A program made the translations under genes and the position numbers. 32,000 bases of DNA from Candidatus Heimdallarchaeota archaeon B3_Heim. GTDB lineage: Archaea > Asgardarchaeota > Heimdallarchaeia > Hodarchaeales > Hodarchaeaceae. Numbering within the stretch: the first letter of the stretch is position 1; every line of letters starts with the position of its first letter. This document shows positions 1 through 7,754 of the stretch, in pieces. The stretch is taken from NCBI GenBank assembly GCA_003144275.1, contig NJBF01000040.1, positions 723 to 32,722 on the forward strand. Reading direction: 5' to 3'. Under the pieces are notes generated by a model that searched no databases, had not been told where the DNA came from, and saw only the letters and a list, made by a program, of their open reading frames with translations.

Positions 1-60
1 TACTTCATGCTCAAAGATTTTTCTAAAAGGCTGCATGTTTATCGGATCCATATCGGTCAT
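1..60 (-). CDS. 5' end of a probable CDS running off the left edge (MTDMDPINMQPFRKIFEHEV...), product unknown
   Basis: ATG at 60-58, 20 open codons to the window edge, AT-rich divergent intergenic region upstream (61-213). Too short to assign. Confidence 0.45.
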   Translation of the reverse strand, partial: MTDMDPINMQPFRKIFEHEV

Positions 61-213
61 ATATTTTTAAAATCTTTAAGTTTCTTATGCTTAAGTAAAA
101 AACCACTTTCTAACTTACGAAAAACCAAATCTTAGCACTAACATAAATAAGAGGTAATAGTGACTAGAGCTTCAAAAGAGTTTCACCTCTTGAATATAGG
201 AAAGGGTTGAAAA

Positions 214-1215
214 ATGGAGAAGAAGTTAAAAATTAAACCTAAATACAATCCATGTTGGATTTCATTCTTAGGTGCCGTTTCAGGAGTTTTACAAGCTTTA
301 GATAAACAAGAATATGATCTAGTTAATACGGGTGGATATACCGGTTATGCTTTTGCCTTACCCAATGTTATGAATAACTGTACCTGCCCCTCGGGTCCAA
401 CATCACTGGGAGAGATGTGGAACGAAATATTAACGGGAACTAATTCCTTGGGGTATGAAACTACACTGTATAATGACCCAATCTGTTTTCCTGAGAAAGA
501 GGGAGAACTTACTGAAAAAGATCGTCAGCGTGCTTTGAGAATTTTTAAGACTGTAAAAGCCTCCATTGATGCCGACTATCCCGTTGTTCTCTGGGGACTT
601 CCAATCCCCGAATATGGAATTGTAGCTGGTTATCAAGGAAATTTTTACCTTGCTAGCACATATCGTAGTCTAATGAAAATCCCTGAGGAGCCTGTTCATT
701 ATGAATCCCTTCAAGCACCGGGTGGTCTTCATGCTATCACTTTTAAAAACTTAATTGGTGATACTGATCCTGATTCAGATAGAATAAGCTTACAAAGGGC
801 AGTTACTCTCGCAAAAGGTGATGTAACGGAGAAAAATTATAGTGCAGGTATTCAAGCATACATAGAATGGACAAATGTGCTTGAGAACGCACCAGAAAAA
901 GATGTAATATATCATGGTAATGCATACGTGAATGAGTGTACTCTAGAGGCAAAAGAAATTGCATTTGCGTTTTTGCAGAGACTTGCAGAGAAATATCTGG
1001 AAGAACCTTTCTCACTAAAACTGCAAGCGGCAGGAATGAAGTATCAGAAGGTTGTCGAACAATTGAAGGAATTCCAGAAATTGTTTCCGTTTGCCATGGA
1101 AGGTGAAATTACTAAAGAAAAGCGGCTCGAAGGTGCAAAGGTACTCCGAAATGCTATTCCATTTGAGGAGGAAGCTTTAAAACTCATGAAAGAAGCACTA
1201 TCTCTTTGGAAATGA
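214..1215 (+). CDS. Hypothetical protein, possibly BtrH/DUF4872-like (papain-like N-terminal domain plus helical C-terminal domain)
   Basis: 333-aa ORF preceded by AAGGG. Segments CWISFLGAVSGVL, GGYTGYAF, SIDADYPVVLWG, EYGIVAGY and a helical C-terminus (GIQAY.EW...L, AFAFLQRLA) resemble this family as I recall it. CDS is confident; product is tentative. Confidence 0.75.
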   Translation: MEKKLKIKPKYNPCWISFLGAVSGVLQALDKQEYDLVNTGGYTGYAFALPNVMNNCTCPSGPTSLGEMWNEILTGTNSLGYETTLYNDPICFPEKEGELTEKDRQRALRIFKTVKASIDADYPVVLWGLPIPEYGIVAGYQGNFYLASTYRSLMKIPEEPVHYESLQAPGGLHAITFKNLIGDTDPDSDRISLQRAVTLAKGDVTEKNYSAGIQAYIEWTNVLENAPEKDVIYHGNAYVNECTLEAKEIAFAFLQRLAEKYLEEPFSLKLQAAGMKYQKVVEQLKEFQKLFPFAMEGEITKEKRLEGAKVLRNAIPFEEEALKLMKEALSLWK

Positions 1216-1231
1216 ACTTTACCAAAACTAC

Positions 1232-1244
1232 TCTTTTCTTTTTT
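1232..1244 (+). terminator. Archaeal-type oligo(T) terminator candidate
   Basis: TCTTTTCTTTTTT 17 nt after the stop codon at 1215. Confidence 0.45.
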
Positions 1245-1449
1245 CCAAAATTTTTCAAGTTACTGTAGAATTTTGACTCCACATACGTTAACATTGAATG
1301 AGATATCCTTTCAATACGTGTACTTAAAGGAAATTTTGAAGGGGTCGGTAGATTACTTTTACTTTAGTATACTGAAAGATTAAAAAGAACAATATATGAA
1401 TTGTGTTTGATTGCTTCTGATCTATTAGTAGGTTGGATTAAAACGGGTT

Positions 1450-1454
1450 AGGAG
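1450..1454 (+). promoter_or_regulatory. Shine-Dalgarno site of nurA
   Basis: AGGAG 6 nt upstream of the ATG at 1461. Confidence 0.55.
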
Positions 1455-1460
1455 TAGTAA

Positions 1461-2510
1461 ATGGTGAAAAAATCTTTTCATAATTTTTTGGAACAGATCC
1501 AAAACACACAAAGACAGGCTATAGAGCAAGTTGAAAGGGTACAGTCTGATAGACTTCAAGATTTTGATTATCAAGAAGATCCTCCAAAAATGATTGCGAT
1601 CGACGGCTCGAATCGCTGGATCTGGAATAATCCCGACATTAATGCACGTATTGCAATTATTCGTACCGCTTATGTTGTTTATGAGTTTAATAGCGACTTT
1701 TCCCCTCCTATGCAGATTCTTAATCAAGGTTCTCAAGATGAAGCGGTTCTGATTGCACCTGATAACCCCAACATTCATACTTATGATCAAGATTTCCAGA
1801 AATTGCATACTGAAATACAGAGAATAATTGGTCGCAAAAATCCATTAGGGGAAACCCTCTCTTTGCTTCGTTCACTTGCTGAATTCAAAATGGTGGAGGA
1901 ATTGGCTAGTAATTATACGGAATCACTGATTGTGATGGATGGCGCTTTGACTTATGTACAGATAAAAGAATTTGAAGACACCATTAGGAATATTGTCAAG
2001 GCCTGCAAGAAAAATAACAATATTTTGATTGGAGTATCAAAAAGGAATATTACACGGTGGCTTGGATCCGAACTAACTGATGAAGCAGTTATGAGAGAAA
2101 TTGCCCGAAATGACCAAAAAATGATGTATATGGATATTCCAACGATACCCAAATCCCAACAGAAATTCCCATCTATTGGTAAGACTTATCTAGCGAAATT
2201 GCATGCAAAACCTGTTAAAACCTTTAGAGTGGATATTTATAACCCTTTAAATGTAAATGATAATAAAGTTCTGTCACATCTAGCATACTACTCACAGGTG
2301 AACACATTTCCTGGATATCCATTTCCCTTAGTAGATGCACATACTATTGCAGCCCTTTTAAGGCGTGTTCCGGATATGTATAATCACGAATTACTAGAAG
2401 TCGGCATTCAACTTGGTTTCACAGAAGATGAATTACTCCAATACATGATAACACATGAAAATATGGAAACTGATCCATTCCACAGATATTTAGACGATGC
2501 AACAAGATAA
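1461..2510 (+). CDS. nurA: NurA-family DNA double-strand-break repair nuclease
   Basis: Motifs AIDGS, VMDGAL, IGVSK, YLAKLH and GYPFPLVDAH; lies directly upstream of herA. Confidence 0.9.
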   Translation: MVKKSFHNFLEQIQNTQRQAIEQVERVQSDRLQDFDYQEDPPKMIAIDGSNRWIWNNPDINARIAIIRTAYVVYEFNSDFSPPMQILNQGSQDEAVLIAPDNPNIHTYDQDFQKLHTEIQRIIGRKNPLGETLSLLRSLAEFKMVEELASNYTESLIVMDGALTYVQIKEFEDTIRNIVKACKKNNNILIGVSKRNITRWLGSELTDEAVMREIARNDQKMMYMDIPTIPKSQQKFPSIGKTYLAKLHAKPVKTFRVDIYNPLNVNDNKVLSHLAYYSQVNTFPGYPFPLVDAHTIAALLRRVPDMYNHELLEVGIQLGFTEDELLQYMITHENMETDPFHRYLDDATR

Positions 2511-2537
2511 CATTCATTAAAATAAGAGGACAAAAAT

Positions 2538-4124
2538 ATGAAGAAAGATATTGAAGAAAAGATAGCTCTAGGTGAAGTTATTTCGGGTGCTGTAAGTGGT
2601 GCAATCCAATTAAAGCTCAGGACCGATAGTGAGGAAGTGAAAATAGGATTTCCTGCAGTCATTGAGGGGAAAAAATATGATTTCTTTTCCATTATTTCTG
2701 ATATTCAATTCCCAACAAGTAATGCGGTCACTATGTTAGCAAATGCAGAAAAACTGCGAAATACGATACCCTTGAATACCATCGACACTTCTAGGGGACG
2801 TACATTTTATAGTATTGCTGAGCTCCAGTGTGTTCAAATGATTGAGCAGACATCTGGCAAAGCTTTTGAATTTGAGACCCTTCCCCCTTATTTTTCATCA
2901 GGTCGATTAGCGAGTAAATCTGATGTGCAACGGGTATATCAAACAGACCTCCCTGAAAATACTCAATCAGTTGGAACCCTCAGAGGGGTAGAAGGATTTG
3001 AAATTCCAATTGATTTCAAAAAACTCGTAGAGGTACCGTTTGGGATTTTTGGTCGAACACACTCGGGAAAAACTTTTCTCAATAAGATAATCCTTGGAAA
3101 TATTATTAAAACTGAGGTATCGCAGATTCTGGTTTTTGATATGCAATCCGAATATGGGTGGCGATCCCGCGCTGATAATTCCCCTGGTCTGAAGTTTTTC
3201 TTTGAAGATCAAGTCACTCTATTAAGTCTTGACCCGAGCACAAGTAAAAGCCACGATGAGGATTTATTGATAGGAGAAAACGAAATAGAACCTGAGGATT
3301 TAATCGTAGCTTTCCAAGATCTTTCACCTACAATGATTGATGCAATTTATGAGATAAATCGAACGAAACCCTCATCACAAACTCTTATGGAAGGAATTCA
3401 TGCAGCACTGATAGCCGACCCCCCTCCTCAACGCATTAATCGTGGAACTTTGAACGCTTTGAGTAGACGTATCATGAGATTAGATCGCTTATCTTTTGTA
3501 GTGAAATCCGATAAGGGAAATTTGAATAACATACTAAAATATATACAATCAGGCCAGAATATTGTAATCGACTTTGGGAAGTTTGGAGCGGATTTCTTCG
3601 CGTATGTGTTTGTGGCAAACATAATTTCTCGTCGATTATATAAAAGCTATAGTGAAATGGTCGATATGAGTGATTATCCTAGACTAGTTGTCCTTCTTGA
3701 AGAGGCTCATAAGTTTTTAGACCCCAGAATCTCGAAAAATACCATTTTTGATAGGCTTGCACGAGAAATGCGTAAATTTAATCTAGTATTGGCAATGGTC
3801 GATCAGCGACCTTCGAGAATTGACCCTGAGATATTATCACAACTCGCAAATCGATTCATTCTTTCCTTAACAGATCCTAAAGATACCATTAATGCTTTAA
3901 CGGGCCCTGTTGATCCGGCGGCATGGCGAGCAATTGTACGTGCTATGCCTCCTCGTACTGTATTAATGTTTGGTGACGCAATCCGCGCACCGACGGCCAT
4001 GGATGTTCTGGAGTATAATGAAAGCACAATGACTCAAAAATGGCAAATTAGCAGTACGTCCCAGGAGTTACGTGATACTCTTGATTCCCTATCGGATGAT
4101 GATAAAAGAAACATGTTCAAGTGA
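2538..4124 (+). CDS. herA: HerA-family ATPase/translocase (HAS barrel plus DUF87 ATPase)
   Basis: N-terminal HAS-barrel-like region (LGEVISGAVSG), Walker A GRTHSGKT, FDMQSEYG, Walker B LLEEAHKF, arginine-finger region REMRKF and DQRPSRID.EILSQ. Confidence 0.93.
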   Translation: MKKDIEEKIALGEVISGAVSGAIQLKLRTDSEEVKIGFPAVIEGKKYDFFSIISDIQFPTSNAVTMLANAEKLRNTIPLNTIDTSRGRTFYSIAELQCVQMIEQTSGKAFEFETLPPYFSSGRLASKSDVQRVYQTDLPENTQSVGTLRGVEGFEIPIDFKKLVEVPFGIFGRTHSGKTFLNKIILGNIIKTEVSQILVFDMQSEYGWRSRADNSPGLKFFFEDQVTLLSLDPSTSKSHDEDLLIGENEIEPEDLIVAFQDLSPTMIDAIYEINRTKPSSQTLMEGIHAALIADPPPQRINRGTLNALSRRIMRLDRLSFVVKSDKGNLNNILKYIQSGQNIVIDFGKFGADFFAYVFVANIISRRLYKSYSEMVDMSDYPRLVVLLEEAHKFLDPRISKNTIFDRLAREMRKFNLVLAMVDQRPSRIDPEILSQLANRFILSLTDPKDTINALTGPVDPAAWRAIVRAMPPRTVLMFGDAIRAPTAMDVLEYNESTMTQKWQISSTSQELRDTLDSLSDDDKRNMFK

Positions 4125-4158
4125 TTAATCCTTATTTTTAATTCGAGATTTGATTAGA

Positions 4159-5382
4159 ATGGCAAAAATCGTCATAGTGGGAGATGTCCATATTGGAAAG
4201 CGATATGCATATCGTGTCAATTTGAAAACAGGCATTAGCGACCGTACTTTAGATTTTATTAATGCTCTTTCTAGAGTAGTTGCTTATGCAATCAATAATA
4301 AGGCCGATATATTTATCATTGCAGGGGATCTGTACGATCGCGTCACAGTCGGTCCAACACTTCTTCGACAAGTTAGAGAAACAATTTGGCAGCCTCTTAT
4401 TGAAGCAAAAATTCCGATAGTTTGTATTGGGGGAAATCATGACTCACCACAAATATTTGAGAAAGGATCACCATTGGGAGAAATTTCTCTTTTTCCGAAT
4501 AGTATTGTAGCACGATCTCCACAAACCGCTATAGTACACACTATGACTACAAAGGAAGAAATTGGTTTTCTTCTCCTACCATATCTAACGGCATCCCAAG
4601 TTGTGAAGTTTGTAGAAGAACGTCTTGGTAAATCTGTCGAGAAGGAAAGACAGATGGTTTTAAGTCAAGAATATCTTAAATACTTTATAGAAAATGAATT
4701 AAAACAACTTCCCACTAAGACAAATCTTCTTGTTGGTCATTACTTCTTTCAAGGATCCAAAATTAATATTATTCCATACCCAGATCATCTTCCTCATGAA
4801 TTCAAATTTAAGAAAGATATGCTACCATTAGATAAAATTGACTTAGCAATATTCGGTCATATTCATACCACTCAAACTTTACATGGTGGAAAAGTTTTAG
4901 TTCCTGGATCATTGGAACGAGTAGATTTTGGTGAGGTGAACGAGGATAAAGGATTTTATGTATTCGAAACTACAACAGGAAAGCTAGAATTTATTACAAA
5001 TAATCCTCGTTCGTTAGTTAAACAGTTTATTGAAGTACCAAGGGTAGAGGATCCTACAAATTACATAATTCAAAATTTACCAAGAACATTAGAAGAGTCT
5101 ATTGTCCGTATAATTATAAAAATATCCCCCGAATTAAAGAAGAAAGTACGTCTGCCACGTATTCATCAAGCGTTAGATTCAACATTTCATTTTGAATTGT
5201 TCTGGGATACTTCTATAACTCAACGTGAAATAGTTCTCACTGATTTTGTTCTAGATCCATTAGTCTTATTTAATGACTTTATTACGAGAAAACTTGATCA
5301 AGACCCCAATTTGGAACAATTACGTCAAAAAGGATTAGAAATTCTTGATCGAGCACTCGCTCAGGTGGAAGAAAAGCTATGA
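4159..5382 (+). CDS. mre11: Mre11/SbcD metallophosphoesterase nuclease (alternative TTG start at 4150)
   Basis: All five phosphoesterase motifs: GDVHIG, AGDLYD, GGNHDS, VGH and FGHIH; also PGSLERVDFGE. The stop overlaps the rad50 start (ATGA). Confidence 0.93.
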   Translation: MAKIVIVGDVHIGKRYAYRVNLKTGISDRTLDFINALSRVVAYAINNKADIFIIAGDLYDRVTVGPTLLRQVRETIWQPLIEAKIPIVCIGGNHDSPQIFEKGSPLGEISLFPNSIVARSPQTAIVHTMTTKEEIGFLLLPYLTASQVVKFVEERLGKSVEKERQMVLSQEYLKYFIENELKQLPTKTNLLVGHYFFQGSKINIIPYPDHLPHEFKFKKDMLPLDKIDLAIFGHIHTTQTLHGGKVLVPGSLERVDFGEVNEDKGFYVFETTTGKLEFITNNPRSLVKQFIEVPRVEDPTNYIIQNLPRTLEESIVRIIIKISPELKKKVRLPRIHQALDSTFHFELFWDTSITQREIVLTDFVLDPLVLFNDFITRKLDQDPNLEQLRQKGLEILDRALAQVEEKL

Positions 5383-7754
5383 GCGATACAGCCCATCACT
5401 CTTTCGGGGGAGGTTTTGATCTAATTTCTCTAGAAATATATCGCTTCATGAATTATCTGGGGAAACCAGTTAAATTTGCTTTCAATGCTCCCAATATCGT
5501 CATCTCTGGTCCAACCGGTTCAGGAAAAACAACAATTTTAGATGCCCTAACATTTGCTCTATTCGGTAGAAGCTCCCGATTGGATCTAACTATTGTTAAA
5601 ACAGAAGATATATGTGGGAATAATGGAAGAGTAACTTGTGAATTCCATATAGACAAAATCTATTACAAAATTATCCGTGGGAGGGACAGTAAGGGCAAAA
5701 GCTTTTTAGAACTGTTTATCAACAATGAACGGATTAATGGGAAAATTCCTGAGTTAAATGAGAAAATTCGGTCTACCATCCTTGGAATGAATTATGCTGC
5801 TTTTGTAAATTCGACTATCATTCGCCAAGATGAAATGAAATCACTGGGATCTAAATCCTCAACAGAACGATTAAAAACATTACAAAACCTATTTCGACTG
5901 GATATTTTTAATAAAGCTATACAAGACACTCAAGAACAACTAATGACAATAAATGGCTTGAAAAATAAAGTAGAGGGTGAATTGCAAACAAATAAGAAGA
6001 ATTTTTCCTCTAAAATACTTTTAGAAAAGAAAGTAAATCAATTAGTTCCTCAATTACAGAAATTGAAGAGTGAGGAAAAGAAGTCATTCAAGATAATCGG
6101 TGAAAAGGAACTAGAGAAGAATGAGAAACAAGAATTACATGAAAAATTCCAAATCACTTTAGATAGTATGAAAAACTCTGAAAAACAACTTATGAAGCTT
6201 GAAAATTCAGAGAGGAAATCAGAAGAAGAATTAAAAAAATATATGAAATTAAAAAATAATTCTATGGTTTTAGAGAAGCAAATTGAAGTAATTCGTAATC
6301 ATGATGAGGAAATAAGATCTCTTGAAAGCAAGAAAAAAGAGTATACATTTATAAAATCTGGGATAGAAAAATTGATCCAGAGACGAAGGAAAGATGAATT
6401 ACGACTCATAAAAGATACAGAAAAGAAGAATAATCTGAAAGCAGAAACAGTAAAGCGAATTGCGAACCTTACGACCGATATCGATCATAAAAAGGCTTTT
6501 CAAATCTTGCAACAGGAGGGAAGATTAGGGGAACGAATTCAAAGAATTTCTCTTGAAAAATCATGGAAATTACCCGATAAACTCATTCAGGAATTACTAC
6601 AGGAACAATTAAACGCAAGATCTGATCTCAAAGAGTTATTAACGGAGAAAACAAAGATCAATATCGACTCTTTTAGATTATCTGAAATCCAAGACACGGA
6701 AAACCAGTTAATAGCGGAAATCGAGAAATTAAATGAACGATTAAGCGAGTTAAAGGAATCTTCAGAGAAGGAAATCCAAGAGGAGAAAAACAAGCAAAAG
6801 AAGATTGGATTTTCTCCAGAAATACAGAAACATCTTGATATGTTGAAAAACTCACAAATTACTAATGAAAAGATAAAAAAAGAGTATACTACAGCAAAAC
6901 ATAACTTTGAGTCAATAATTGATCCTACAAGCAAAATAAATACTCTACAAAATCAAATCAAAGTGATTAAAGAGGAGAGAGTAAGATTTCGAGAGGAACT
7001 TAAAGATTATCGACAATTTCAAAAGGAGTTTGAATTTCTTAAAACTGACTTGAAAGAAAAAAAAGAAAGTGTCGAAAAATTACAGATCCAATGTGTTCGT
7101 ATGGATCAGGATATTAAGAACCTGCAATTTAATATTCTAGAACTTCAAAAATTAAAGCCAGAAATTAAAAAACTTGAGAAAAAGTTGGACAAGTTTATTC
7201 AGGAAGAAAACGTTTTAATTAAACTGAAGAATGAGGTGTTTCATATAAGGGGCGCTCCTTTCTATGCAATTAACAAGATACTACCTCATCTTGGTAAGCG
7301 TGCTTCCCTAATTTTGTCAGATTTAACAAGCCGAAAATTAACTAGTGTTCAATTAGAAAGAATTGATAAAGGAAAACAAGGTTTGGGATTCAACATTAAC
7401 ATCCAAACTCCTCAAGGACCTCGGGATATTTCAACCTTTTCTGGTGGTGAACGTACTCAAATTAATGCGGCATTAAGATTAGCGATCAGTGAAGAACTTT
7501 CCTATTTTGGTGGAGAAAGAGCTCAAGAATCAGGAACAAAGAAGACACTATTTATTGATGAGGGAGATTTGGGATCCCTTGATACTATGGAAGCTCAACA
7601 AGCATTCGTCAAGAAGCTCTTTGAATTAAGTAATAAATTTAAGATCATATTAATAACCCACATCACAGAAATTGCGGATCAATTTCCACATTCCATTCAG
7701 ATTACACGTGATACTTACGGGAGATCTATGAAAAATGCTGCGAGTGATACTTAG
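5379..7754 (+). CDS. rad50: Rad50/SbcC SMC-like ATPase lacking a CXXC zinc hook
   Basis: Walker A GPTGSGKT, Q-loop IIRQDE, about 440 aa of coiled coil, signature FSGGE, Walker B/D-loop LFIDEGDLGSLD and H-loop LITH. Confidence 0.92.
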   Translation: MSDTAHHSFGGGFDLISLEIYRFMNYLGKPVKFAFNAPNIVISGPTGSGKTTILDALTFALFGRSSRLDLTIVKTEDICGNNGRVTCEFHIDKIYYKIIRGRDSKGKSFLELFINNERINGKIPELNEKIRSTILGMNYAAFVNSTIIRQDEMKSLGSKSSTERLKTLQNLFRLDIFNKAIQDTQEQLMTINGLKNKVEGELQTNKKNFSSKILLEKKVNQLVPQLQKLKSEEKKSFKIIGEKELEKNEKQELHEKFQITLDSMKNSEKQLMKLENSERKSEEELKKYMKLKNNSMVLEKQIEVIRNHDEEIRSLESKKKEYTFIKSGIEKLIQRRRKDELRLIKDTEKKNNLKAETVKRIANLTTDIDHKKAFQILQQEGRLGERIQRISLEKSWKLPDKLIQELLQEQLNARSDLKELLTEKTKINIDSFRLSEIQDTENQLIAEIEKLNERLSELKESSEKEIQEEKNKQKKIGFSPEIQKHLDMLKNSQITNEKIKKEYTTAKHNFESIIDPTSKINTLQNQIKVIKEERVRFREELKDYRQFQKEFEFLKTDLKEKKESVEKLQIQCVRMDQDIKNLQFNILELQKLKPEIKKLEKKLDKFIQEENVLIKLKNEVFHIRGAPFYAINKILPHLGKRASLILSDLTSRKLTSVQLERIDKGKQGLGFNINIQTPQGPRDISTFSGGERTQINAALRLAISEELSYFGGERAQESGTKKTLFIDEGDLGSLDTMEAQQAFVKKLFELSNKFKIILITHITEIADQFPHSIQITRDTYGRSMKNAASDT

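Noticed and set aside
1425-1808. 127-aa minus-strand ORF, and the other short ORFs nested in or antisense to long genes (e.g. 2408-2692, 6587-6934, 11690-12055, 20537-20818, 24718-24990)
   Set aside because: Shadow ORFs of well-supported genes with no recognisable motifs.
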